DNA of 46,388 bases, from the NCBI GenBank assembly GCA_035607015.1, contig DATNDF010000505.1, forward strand, positions 1 to 46,388, read 5' to 3'. Of the stretch, positions 1-8,690 are shown in pieces. The notes beneath the pieces were generated by a model that was given only the letters and a program-made list of their open reading frames with translations, did no database searches and had not been told where the DNA came from. How positions within the stretch are numbered: position 1 is the stretch's first letter; the number at the start of each line of letters is the position of its first letter. Source of the DNA: Candidatus Angelobacter sp. Its GTDB lineage: Bacteria; Verrucomicrobiota; Verrucomicrobiia; Limisphaerales; AV2. The position numbers were made by a program, and so were the translations under genes.

Positions 1-543
1 GAGCGCCACGGAAGCGTTGGTCACCGGGGAACCACCGCTGGTGACGTTGCCGGTGACCCGCTGGGCGAACGCCGCCTGTGTGACTGTCAAGGGTCGGACC
101 AGCGGCGTGAACCGGCCCGTCGGACTGGAAACGCGAAACAAATGCTGGCCATCGGAGCGCGAAAACTCGGGACCGGAGTTGAAACTGAGGCTGGTTTGGA
201 TGCTCGCGTTGGTCGCCCCATCGTCGTCGCCGGGGACGTTGACGTCGCGAATTCCGTCGAAGGACGTGACCTGGCCTTCCGTGTCCTTGAAACTTTGGAC
301 GAGCAGATCGGCAACATCGACGACGCCGTTGTTGTTCAGGTCGAGGAACCGCTCGACGAGCACCGTCTCGCCGTTGGTGAGGCCGGTGATTTGCAAAGTG
401 ATGGAGCCGCTGTAGGTGTTGCTGATGGAGGACGGGTTGATCGTAAAGGTCGCGGCGTCCGCCAGAGGCACAAGGGAAAGGGCGACCGCCGACAAAGCGA
501 TTGATAATCCACGACCAAAAATCCGATGGAGATGCTTGTTCAT
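1..543 (-). CDS. secreted protein, N-terminal 181 codons only (gene continues past the left edge)
   Basis: Absent from the ORF track because there is no stop in the window. The reverse complement from ATG (543-541) reads MNKHLHRIFGRGLSIALSAVALSLVPLADAATFTINPSS... and stays open to base 1 in frame. It has a signal-peptide-like N-terminus. Confidence 0.7.
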   Translation of the reverse strand, partial: MNKHLHRIFGRGLSIALSAVALSLVPLADAATFTINPSSISNTYSGSITLQITGLTNGETVLVERFLDLNNNGVVDVADLLVQSFKDTEGQVTSFDGIRDVNVPGDDDGATNASIQTSLSFNSGPEFSRSDGQHLFRVSSPTGRFTPLVRPLTVTQAAFAQRVTGNVTSGGSPVTNASVAL

Positions 544-801
544 GTGTTTCGACAGTGGTGAATGAAGGCGAGAGGCAGAGGAAGACGGTTCTTCATTACA
601 GGTCATCTTCTAAGCGAACGGAGGAGCCAACACAAGTTGAATGTGATTGCGGGTGTCGGGGAGCGAGGGTCCCGGAGCCGCGCGGACTGACGTCCAAGAT
701 GCGCCGTGGCAGATGGAAGCCCGGGACATGGGTGGTTCACAATTCGTGCTGCCAGGTGGTTTGTGAGTTGCCGGACACGGCGCCGGCAGTAAACTCGGCT
801 C

Positions 802-1899
802 GTGATCCGCAACATCATTTTCGACTGGTCTGGGACGCTGGTGGACGATCTCCCGGCGGTGTGGCGGGCGTCGAACCACGTTTTCAAGCAGGCGGGTGTG
901 GCGGAGATGACCCTCGACCAGTTTCGCACCGAGTTTTCCCTTCCATTCAAGGACTTTTACGGCCGTTACGTTGCGCACATTCCACTGCCGCAACTGGAAG
1001 AATGGTTTCACCGTCATTTCAAACAGGTCCAGCACCTCTCCAGTGAACTGCCCCATGCGCGCGATTTCCTGGAATTCTGCCGCGGGAGCGGAATGCGCAC
1101 GTTTTTACTGAGCACGATTCACCGGGACCATTTCGCGGCGCAATCCGCGATGACCGGGTTCGACCGCTTCCTCGACCACCCGTACATCGAGGCATGGGAC
1201 AAGCGATCGTGGATTCTGGAGATTCTCGAACGGCATGAATTGAAAGCGGAGGAAACGTTGTTTATCGGTGACATGCAGCATGACATTGAGACGGCGCATC
1301 ACGGCGGGGTTTTCTCCTGCGCGGTGCTCACCGGTTACAACCGGCTTGAGCAATTGCGGGCGAGCCAACCCGACCTCATCGTTGAGCATCTCGGCGAATT
1401 GCGCGACATCCTGGAACGAAACCAGTTTGAACTCAAACGCGGCGGCCCGCAGTCTCCGGGCGGGACGGACGATCGTCCGGTCGTCACCGTCGGCGCGCTC
1501 ATTTACGACGAGGCCGGTCGGGCGCTCATGATTCGCACGCAGAAATGGTCGCAGCTCTGGGGCATCCCCGGCGGCAAGGTAAAATTTGGCGAGAGTTCCG
1601 TCGAGGCGTTACGGCGTGAAATCAAGGAGGAGACGAATCTGGACATCGAAGACGCCCGGTTCGTGCTTGTGCAGGATTGCATTCACTCGAAAGAATTCTA
1701 TCGCGACGCGCATTTTGTTCTGCTGAATTACTCCTGCCGTTGCGTGGGTGAACCGCGGGTAAAGCTGAATGAAGAAGCGCAGGAATTTCGCTGGGTCGGC
1801 GAAGATGAGTTGCTGGCGATGGAACTGAACCGCCCGACACGGATTCTGGTGGAAGCGGTATTGAAGGAAAAAGGGCCCCGCGCGGCGGGCCCGCGTTGA
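802..1899 (+). CDS. bifunctional HAD-superfamily phosphatase / NUDIX hydrolase fusion
   Basis: GTG start. The N-terminus IIFDWSGTLVDD is HAD motif I, and GDMQHDIETAHHGG is HAD motif IV-like. The C-terminal half carries a NUDIX box, GKVKFGESSVEALRREIKEETNL. Confidence 0.85.
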   Translation: MIRNIIFDWSGTLVDDLPAVWRASNHVFKQAGVAEMTLDQFRTEFSLPFKDFYGRYVAHIPLPQLEEWFHRHFKQVQHLSSELPHARDFLEFCRGSGMRTFLLSTIHRDHFAAQSAMTGFDRFLDHPYIEAWDKRSWILEILERHELKAEETLFIGDMQHDIETAHHGGVFSCAVLTGYNRLEQLRASQPDLIVEHLGELRDILERNQFELKRGGPQSPGGTDDRPVVTVGALIYDEAGRALMIRTQKWSQLWGIPGGKVKFGESSVEALRREIKEETNLDIEDARFVLVQDCIHSKEFYRDAHFVLLNYSCRCVGEPRVKLNEEAQEFRWVGEDELLAMELNRPTRILVEAVLKEKGPRAAGPR

Positions 1900-1911
1900 G
1901 GTCACCGGCGG

Positions 1912-2265
1912 ATGGATAAAATCATCATCAGCGATCTGGAGGTCTATTACCGTGTTGGCGTGCCCGAACAGGAACGGGCAAGCGCGCAGCGGCTGCTCAT
2001 TAGCGTGGAAATGACCCGCAATGTCTCCGGGGCGGCCGAGTCGGAAGACCTGACGAAAACGATCGATTATCACGCGGTGACGCAGCGGTTGCTCAGATTC
2101 GGAGACGGCCGAAGTTGGAAGTTGATCGAAAAGCTCGCCGCCGACATTGCAGGCATGATCCTGGCGGAATTCATGCCCGGCAGCGTCACAGTCGAAGTCA
2201 GGAAGTTTATCATTCCGGAAGCGCGCCATGTCGCTGTTCGGCTGACGCGCAATCCATCCGGCTGA
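1912..2265 (+). CDS. folB: dihydroneopterin aldolase
   Basis: 117 aa. MDKIIISDLEVYYRVGVPEQERASAQRLLISVEM...DYHAVTQRL...LIEKLAADIA is a typical FolB size and pattern. Confidence 0.85.
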   Translation: MDKIIISDLEVYYRVGVPEQERASAQRLLISVEMTRNVSGAAESEDLTKTIDYHAVTQRLLRFGDGRSWKLIEKLAADIAGMILAEFMPGSVTVEVRKFIIPEARHVAVRLTRNPSG

Positions 2266-3669
2266 TCAGGGATTTTTCGGAGGGGCAAAGCCGGGAAGCT
2301 TTGCGAGTTGGGCGCTGACCTCGGTTGGTTTTTTGGAGTCGTTCAGGGACAGCGCCGCCGCCGCGCCGGAGGCGTACGCCGCCGAAGCGGATGTTCCGGT
2401 AACCAGGTAGGCCTGGCCATTGAAATAAATGACAGATGCTCCCGGCGCCACCAAGGACACGAAATCCCCGTAATTGGCCCAACTGGCGATGTCACCGTTC
2501 CTGGCTCCTGCCGTAACCGCCAGGACATTCGGATTCGCGGCGGGATAGGTGGGAGTGGCGACGTGCTCGTTGCCCGCCGCGGCCACGAGCAATACTCCCT
2601 TGGCGCGTGCCTGTGCGAGGACATCATCCAAAAGAGGGCTGTCGCCCGTGCCGCCGAGACTGAGGTTCACGATCTGCGCGCCCTGGTTGACCGCCTCTAC
2701 GACAGCGCGCGCGACATCAAACATCGAAGCGGATCCGTTATCGCCGTAAACGTCGATGGGAAGGAACCCGATGGAGGCGGACGCGGGATCGGTGAGTGCC
2801 TTGCCAAGCGCGGACCAAAGGGTGTCCATCATTGCCGTCCCATGCGTCACCTGGCTGGAATCAGGATTAGCGTCGCCCGCCAGCGAAATCTTGTTCATGA
2901 GGTAATCCGCCCACGGCTCTCCTTGCGATTGGATGGGCGTGTCCACCAGAGCCACCACAAGTTTTCCCGGCGAATCCGGTGGAGCCAGTTTGAAGGAAGG
3001 CGGGGCCGGCGAACTCATCGCCAACGGCTGCAATTGGCCGGGTGGGGCGACTGAATAATTATTTTCAACTGATGCGACGTCGCTGTCGTTTTCCAGTTCC
3101 GCACGGGCCGATTGTGCGGCTGCGGCGTCGTCGAATTGCAGCCTGTAGGCGTTGAGACCGTCAATGCGACCGGTGACTTTTGCGCCAAGCCGTTTCGCGA
3201 GTGCGTCGATGGTCTCCCTCGCGCCGGGCTTGAGCCGGACAACCAGTTCGTTCGGGACGGGCCTGGAGGAAGGACCATTCGTGGATTTTCGCGCGGCCCG
3301 GATGAGTTGCGTCGCGTCATGCACCGAGCTGCGGTAAATGAAGAGCTTTGCCGGACCGTTCGTTTGCGGCAGGAGCGCGAAATTCAATTCGCCGAGCAGA
3401 CGTTTGAGAGCGTCGGCGGGGTTCAGTTTGCGGAACCGAGTCGTGACGGTGTAGTGAGTGTCGGGCTCGACGTAAATCTGCCATCCGGTCGCCGACGCGA
3501 TGGACTCCAACACCTTGGGCAGCGGCCACGATTCAATTTGTGCGTCCACTTCGTTCAAGCGGGTGTGCCAGCTCAAGGAATCCGCGGCGCGTACGAACGT
3601 TACCGGCGTGAACCCAAGGATTGCCGTCAGAAGCACAGGATTGAACCAACGTTGAAGCGTTATTCTCAT
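2266..3669 (-). CDS. secreted subtilisin-family (S8) serine peptidase with a non-catalytic N-terminal domain
   Basis: Catalytic triad contexts are VALVDTPI (Asp), HGTAMM (His) and GTSASAAYASGAAAAL (Ser). I prefer the start at 3669 (MRITLQRWFNPVLLTAILGFTPVTFVRA, a signal peptide) over the ORF-track start at 3918, whose extra 83 aa are R/S-rich junk. Confidence 0.85.
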   Translation of the reverse strand: MRITLQRWFNPVLLTAILGFTPVTFVRAADSLSWHTRLNEVDAQIESWPLPKVLESIASATGWQIYVEPDTHYTVTTRFRKLNPADALKRLLGELNFALLPQTNGPAKLFIYRSSVHDATQLIRAARKSTNGPSSRPVPNELVVRLKPGARETIDALAKRLGAKVTGRIDGLNAYRLQFDDAAAAQSARAELENDSDVASVENNYSVAPPGQLQPLAMSSPAPPSFKLAPPDSPGKLVVALVDTPIQSQGEPWADYLMNKISLAGDANPDSSQVTHGTAMMDTLWSALGKALTDPASASIGFLPIDVYGDNGSASMFDVARAVVEAVNQGAQIVNLSLGGTGDSPLLDDVLAQARAKGVLLVAAAGNEHVATPTYPAANPNVLAVTAGARNGDIASWANYGDFVSLVAPGASVIYFNGQAYLVTGTSASAAYASGAAAALSLNDSKKPTEVSAQLAKLPGFAPPKNP

Positions 3670-3922
3670 CAGCGACGCATTCGTTTCTATAGAGACACTG
3701 GCGGGCCGGATACGTTTCAATTTACTCCGATAACCTTGTCGTTGCCAAGAACTTCGCGTCCCGCAGCCGATTGAGCTTTGCACAGTGTACTGCCGTCGAA
3801 GCGTTCGCAAGGAGCCGGATTTATTGGAAGTCCGGTGTGACGTCGGGGCGCGAATTCCAGCGGGTTTCCGACTTTCACCTTGCGATGGTGCTGTTCGATT
3901 TGTTACAGAAAGACCCACTTAT

Positions 3923-4678
3923 ATGGCAGCAATCGGGCGGTTTCAAAAGGGTGACGACATTTTTTACGCGAAGGTGGTTGATGGCGAACTGTTCCGCCTG
4001 CAAGGGGACGTGTTTGGATCCCCATCCTTCGAAAAGAAGGCGGTCCTGTCCAAGGGAATCAAGACCCTCACACCGGTCAGTCCTTCCAAGGTTGTCGCGG
4101 TCGGATTAAACTACGCCGATCACGCGCGCGAGTCGGGCAAACCGGTTCCCAAGGAACCGTTGTTCTGGTTGAAGGCGCCCACGTCGCTGCTGCCGGACGG
4201 CGGCAAGATCGAGATTCCGTTCAACCACCATCGAACGGATTTTGAGGCGGAACTGGCCATTGTGGTCGGCCGCCGCATTCGCAACGTCACGCCGGCCGCC
4301 GCCGCACGCTACATTTTCGGTTACACCGCCGCGCAGGACGTGAGCGACCGGACCATTCAAAACTCCGAGAGCCAGTGGGCGCGCTCCAAATCGTTCGACA
4401 CGTTCACTCCGCTGGGACCGTACGTGGAAACGAAAATCGACCCGCACGATCTGACGATTCAACTGTTCCAGAACGGGCAACTGCGTCAGAACTCAAACAC
4501 CAGCCAGCTCATCTTCAACTGTTACCAGCTCGTCAGCTTTGTCTCGACGAACCTCACCTTGTTGCCCGGGGACATCATCCTGACCGGGACACCCAGCGGC
4601 GTGGGACCGATTGAGTCCGGGGACAGGCTCGAGGTCCGCATCCAGGGACTGGCGCCGCTGGTCAACACGGTCAAATAG
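3923..4678 (+). CDS. fumarylacetoacetate hydrolase (FAH) family protein
   Basis: GLNYADHA...EPLFWLKAP...DFEAELAIVVGR...GDIILTGTPSGVG is a FAH-fold signature. I prefer the ATG at 3923 (MAAIGRFQ...) over 3785. Confidence 0.85.
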   Translation: MAAIGRFQKGDDIFYAKVVDGELFRLQGDVFGSPSFEKKAVLSKGIKTLTPVSPSKVVAVGLNYADHARESGKPVPKEPLFWLKAPTSLLPDGGKIEIPFNHHRTDFEAELAIVVGRRIRNVTPAAAARYIFGYTAAQDVSDRTIQNSESQWARSKSFDTFTPLGPYVETKIDPHDLTIQLFQNGQLRQNSNTSQLIFNCYQLVSFVSTNLTLLPGDIILTGTPSGVGPIESGDRLEVRIQGLAPLVNTVK

Positions 4679-4778
4679 ACACGCATCGGTCGATGTGAGA
4701 CCCGGGTGCGGGACCTCGCGCGCGTGATTTCCATCTTTGCTCTCGACACCCGGAACCCGACTCTGAACCATCTTTTTT

Positions 4779-6494
4779 ATGCGCTGGACACAGACTTTCA
4801 TTCCCACACTCAAAGAGACTCCGGCGGACGCGGAAATCACCTCGCATAAACTGCTGCTGCGCGCCGGCCTCATGCGCAAACTGACCGGCGGCCTGTACAC
4901 GTTCCTGCCGCTGGGATTGCGGGCGCTGCGCAAAGTCGAACGGATCGTCCGCGAAGAAATGGACCGGACGGGCGCGCTTGAAGTCCTCATGCCCGCGCTG
5001 CAGCCGCCTGAAATCTGGCAGCAAAGCGGTCGCTACCAGACCGCCAGCGACGTGTTGTTCCATGTGAACGACAGGACGAAACGCGAATGGCTGCTCGGGC
5101 CGACACACGAAGAGGTCATCACGACACTGGTGGCGGGCGAGATCAGTTCCTACCGCCAGCTCCCGAAGGCCTTTTATCAGATTCAGACCAAGTTTCGTGA
5201 CGAAATCCGCCCGCGCTTCGGGCTCATGCGCGCGAAGGAATTCGTCATGAAGGACGCCTATACCTTCGATGTGAGCGACGAAGCGGCCCAGGCCAGCTAC
5301 CGGAAGATGTACGACGCATACACGCGTATCTTTCAACGGTGCGGGCTCAAAGCATTCCCGGTCGAGGCCGACACCGGTGTGATGGGCGGCAAGTTTTCCC
5401 ACGAGTTCATGGTGCCCGCCGAAACCGGAGAGAACGAGGTCGTGTACTGCGATGGTTGCGGCTACGCGGCGAACATCGAAAAGGCAACAAGCGCGGTGAG
5501 CAAACCCGAAACCGCGGGCCAGCCGGCCGCGGTTGAAAAACTCGCCACGCCCGGCGTCCTGACCATCGAAGCGCTTACGAAGGCTCCGTACAACGTCCCG
5601 GCCGCACGGCAGATCAAAACGCTGGTGTACCTCGTCGAAAGCAGGCTTGCGCTGATTTTGCTGCGCGGCGATCACCAGTTGAATGAGGCAAAACTGGCCG
5701 GTGCTTTGGGAACACCACAGTTTCGGCCCGCTACCGCCGATGAAATCTTCACGGGACTCGGGGCGCATCCCGGCAGTCTCGGCGCATTGACCGCCACGCT
5801 GAAAGGCGCCGTTACCGTGTACGCGGACGAATCGTTGCGCGGCGCGGCAGGCATGACGACCGGCGCCAATGAGGACGGCTTTCATTTCCGCAACGTGTCC
5901 ATCGAGCGCGACATTGGCGTGAAGGCCTGGGCCGATCTGCGGCTTGTTCAGGCGGGCGAAACCTGTTCCCAATGCGCGCAGCCGCTCAAAATCCGGCGGG
6001 CGATCGAAGTCGGCCACGTGTTCAAGCTGGGAACCAAATACAGCGTTGCGCTGGGAGCGCTGTTTCTGGACGAGGCGGGCAAACAGCGGCCGGCCATCAT
6101 GGGTTGCTACGGCATCGGAGTGACGCGCACGCTCCAGGCAGTCATCGAACAGTGCAACGACAGGGACGGCATTATCTGGCCGTTGTCCGTCGCGCCATAC
6201 TGCGTCTGTATCACGCCGCTGGGCATTGCTCCCGGCGGGAGCGTGATGACGCTGGCCGAGAAAATTTACGCCGAACTTTCCGCGCACGGCGTGGACGTGA
6301 TTCTCGACGACCGCGATGAGCGGCCCGGCGTGAAATTCAAGGACTCGGAATTGATCGGCTTTCCCATCCGGCTCGGGATCGGCGAAAAATCCCTGGCGAA
6401 AGGGGAAGTGGAAATAAAGCCGCGCGCGAGCGCCATGATTCCTGCGAAGGCCGAAGAGGCGGTTTCCAATGTCCTCGCGCTTCTGCAACAATGA
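4779..6494 (+). CDS. proS: proline--tRNA ligase (bacterial type with editing insertion)
   Basis: 571 aa. MRWTQTFIPTLKETPADAEITSHKLLLRAGLMRKLTGGLYTFLPLG..., with class II motifs and an INS-sized insertion. Confidence 0.97.
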   Translation: MRWTQTFIPTLKETPADAEITSHKLLLRAGLMRKLTGGLYTFLPLGLRALRKVERIVREEMDRTGALEVLMPALQPPEIWQQSGRYQTASDVLFHVNDRTKREWLLGPTHEEVITTLVAGEISSYRQLPKAFYQIQTKFRDEIRPRFGLMRAKEFVMKDAYTFDVSDEAAQASYRKMYDAYTRIFQRCGLKAFPVEADTGVMGGKFSHEFMVPAETGENEVVYCDGCGYAANIEKATSAVSKPETAGQPAAVEKLATPGVLTIEALTKAPYNVPAARQIKTLVYLVESRLALILLRGDHQLNEAKLAGALGTPQFRPATADEIFTGLGAHPGSLGALTATLKGAVTVYADESLRGAAGMTTGANEDGFHFRNVSIERDIGVKAWADLRLVQAGETCSQCAQPLKIRRAIEVGHVFKLGTKYSVALGALFLDEAGKQRPAIMGCYGIGVTRTLQAVIEQCNDRDGIIWPLSVAPYCVCITPLGIAPGGSVMTLAEKIYAELSAHGVDVILDDRDERPGVKFKDSELIGFPIRLGIGEKSLAKGEVEIKPRASAMIPAKAEEAVSNVLALLQQ

Positions 6495-6519
6495 AGATTG
6501 CCTGGTGTGCTTGCCGCCC

Positions 6520-6568
6520 GTGTGCCTCGAAACGCACGGTTGACGTCGCCGTCGTCGAAGTTTAATTT
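6520..6568 (+). promoter_or_regulatory. candidate sigma70-type promoter with upstream inverted-repeat motif (pseudopilin gene 1)
   Basis: The 25-nt motif GTGTGCCTCGAAACGCACGGTTGAC (6520-6544) ends in the first five bases of the -35 hexamer TTGACG (6540-6545). A 17-nt spacer follows, then TAATTT (6563-6568). The motif matches 7547-7571 at 22 of 25 positions. Confidence 0.45.
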
Positions 6569-6631
6569 TGGGCCCGCCCAAACAACGCCGGATGCACGAG
6601 TCCGGCGCAAACCGCAGAAAGTGTGATTGCC

Positions 6632-7468
6632 ATGCAAACATCCACTCCACTCCCCCAAAAGATGTATTCCTCCAGGACGGCGTTCACATTGATCGAGTTG
6701 CTGGTGGTGATCGCTATCATTGCAATCCTCGCCGGCATGTTGCTGCCTGCGCTGGCCAAAGCAAAGACCAAAGCCCAGGGCATCGGATGCCTGAACAACG
6801 GCAAACAGTTGATGCTTGCCTGGCGCCTTCAATCCGATGACAACAACGACATTCTTCTGGCAGCCGAGGACGGCTTCACGCCCGGGCGAAGCAACTGGTG
6901 TTCGGGCGTGCTGGACTTTACGAGCGCGCGCGTGAACTGGGACATCACCAATGACCTTGTTAAAAGTCCCATCTGGCCTTACACCGGCAACAGCCGCGGT
7001 ATCTACAAATGCCCCGCGGACCGGGCAATGGTAAAAAATAACCAGGGCCAGAGCATGCCCCGTGTCCGTAGCATCTCGATGAGCCAGGTATTTGGCCATG
7101 GCAGCTGGCTTCCCGCCAGCGTCTGGAAGATTTACGACAAACAGTCTGTGGTTGTCTCACCGGCCAGGACGTGGGTTTTTGTGGACGAGCACCCGGACAG
7201 CATCAACGACGCGGCGTTTGCCAACCAATGCAACGGCGCCGACCAAAAAGGCTCGGCCCAGATCATTGACATGCCCGCCAATTTTCACAACGGCGCCTGT
7301 GGCTTTTCGTTTGTGGATGGCCACGCGGAGGTCCACAAATGGATCGGTTCAAAGATTAAAAACTCGCGCGTCCGATACGTGATTATGCCGTTGCCGGTCG
7401 GCGCGGCGGGTGACTCCTGGGTGGACGTGCAGTGGATGAAGGAGAATTCAACTGTCACAATAAAATAA
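6632..7468 (+). CDS. prepilin-type N-terminal cleavage/methylation protein, H-X9-DG family (pseudopilin-like)
   Basis: [32 protein letters not shown] is a class III signal/pilin N-terminus. The C-terminal [13 protein letters not shown] gives the H-X9-DG spacing. The alternative GTG start is at 6623. Confidence 0.9.
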   Translation: MQTSTPLPQKMYSSRTAFTLIELLVVIAIIAILAGMLLPALAKAKTKAQGIGCLNNGKQLMLAWRLQSDDNNDILLAAEDGFTPGRSNWCSGVLDFTSARVNWDITNDLVKSPIWPYTGNSRGIYKCPADRAMVKNNQGQSMPRVRSISMSQVFGHGSWLPASVWKIYDKQSVVVSPARTWVFVDEHPDSINDAAFANQCNGADQKGSAQIIDMPANFHNGACGFSFVDGHAEVHKWIGSKIKNSRVRYVIMPLPVGAAGDSWVDVQWMKENSTVTIK

Positions 7469-7546
7469 CGGTGGCTGCCTCTGGGCCTGCCTGCTGCAGA
7501 AAAGTCTGGCGCCGATCTCGTTTGATCGCGGCAACGCATGCAGGCT

Positions 7547-7595
7547 GTGTGCGTCGTAACGCACAGTTGACCGAAGGTGTCTCGTAGCATAGCAT
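7547..7595 (+). promoter_or_regulatory. candidate sigma70-type promoter with upstream inverted repeat (pseudopilin gene 2)
   Basis: Motif GTGTGCGTCGTAACGCACAGTTGAC (7547-7571) contains a perfect 7-bp inverted repeat, TGTGCGT-cgta-ACGCACA. TTGACC (7567-7572), a 17-nt spacer, then TAGCAT (7590-7595). Confidence 0.45.
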
Positions 7596-7628
7596 TGAAC
7601 AAAACTCAGTTCCGTAGTTTTCAGTCAA

Positions 7629-8546
7629 ATGGCTTTAAACTTTATGCAAACATCAAAAGCGACAACCGCCCAACCAAGAGCAGCTCTGCGACCTCACGGC
7701 TTCACGCTGATTGAACTGCTCGTGGTCATTGCCATCATTGCCATTTTGGCAGGTCTTCTGTTGCCCGCGCTGGCAAAAGCCAAGACCAAGGCGCAGGGGA
7801 TCCTATGCATGAACAATGGCAACCAGATGATGAAAGCAATGTTTCTGTACGGAGGGGATTTTAATGATCTATTACCACCAAACCCGGACGATGGCAATCA
7901 GGTCGATTACCACAATTGGTGTTCGGGAACAATGTCAAGCAGTCCCGATAACACGAATGTAACCCTGTTAACCAACCCAAAGAAGTGCTCTCTTGCGAAC
8001 TACATGGGAAGTTCAGCCAAGATTTTCAAATGTCCGGCCGACACGTCCCTTCAATTTTTTCCTTCGAAAAGGGGAGCCCCGCGCGTTCGTAGCTTCTCTA
8101 TGAGTCAAGCGGTAGGCACGGATCCGTATCCGCCAAGTTTGGGACAGCAACCCGTCAATGGTCCTTGGCTTGATGGTAACCACGGCAATACCCGCAACGG
8201 CCGGTACTACGTGTACGGAAAGTTTGGTGATTTTGTAGTGCCCGGCCCCTCAATGACCTTCATTTTTCTCGACGAAGATCCGTACAGCATTAACGACGCT
8301 GGATTCGCGGTGGGCATAGCTAAACCTGCGCAGTGGATTGACTGGCCGGCGAGCTACCATAACAAAGCGTGCGGCTTTGCTTTTGGTGACGGGCATTCTG
8401 AAATCCACAAATGGATCGACAGCAGAACGATCGTTAAAAACGGCAATGTTTCGCGCCTGGTCGTGCAGAATCCGTTGAGTCCGGATATGGTTTGGCTGGC
8501 AACAAGGACCTCGGCGATTAAGTCCACAGGCGGCATCGGCTTTTAA
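7629..8546 (+). CDS. prepilin-type N-terminal cleavage/methylation protein, H-X9-DG family
   Basis: [32 protein letters not shown], and [14 protein letters not shown] gives H-X9-DG. It is visibly lower in GC than its neighbours. Confidence 0.9.
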   Translation: MALNFMQTSKATTAQPRAALRPHGFTLIELLVVIAIIAILAGLLLPALAKAKTKAQGILCMNNGNQMMKAMFLYGGDFNDLLPPNPDDGNQVDYHNWCSGTMSSSPDNTNVTLLTNPKKCSLANYMGSSAKIFKCPADTSLQFFPSKRGAPRVRSFSMSQAVGTDPYPPSLGQQPVNGPWLDGNHGNTRNGRYYVYGKFGDFVVPGPSMTFIFLDEDPYSINDAGFAVGIAKPAQWIDWPASYHNKACGFAFGDGHSEIHKWIDSRTIVKNGNVSRLVVQNPLSPDMVWLATRTSAIKSTGGIGF

Positions 8547-8690
8547 GGATCTTTTTTGTGGACTCGTCTGCGGTCGACCTAAGCTCACGCTCAGGCACGG
8601 TGGGGTTCGCACTTTTCGTTGAGACCCCTGTCCTTTCGGAAAATGGCCTTCGCCTAATTCGATTGAATCGAGTTTGATGCGGGAAGGCGC

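Noticed and set aside
3670-3918. N-terminal extensions offered by the ORF track: the S8 peptidase to 3918, the FAH protein from 3785, secDF from 10201, cysK from 27903, ctp from 17084, yajC from 9915, the thioredoxin-fold gene from 44025, and the EF-G paralog to 43168.
   Set aside because: The extensions are R/S/P-rich, overlap neighbouring genes or a terminator, and precede internal ATGs that give canonical N-termini (signal peptides or conserved family starts).
4671-6650. 659-aa minus-strand ORF. Similar long ORFs lie at 12707-14119(-), 14151-15356(-), 30169-31716(-), 31710-32996(-), 33363-34898(-), 36955-37986(-), 9045-9731(-), 21202-22548(+) and 41114-42226(+).
   Set aside because: Each lies fully antisense to a confidently identified gene (proS, secDF/terC, recJ, the WYL and ATPase genes, dop-like, pafA-like, tgt, FG-GAP, the EF-G paralog). 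Their translations are Arg/Ala/Gly/Pro-rich with no motifs. These are typical stop-poor shadow frames of high-GC DNA.
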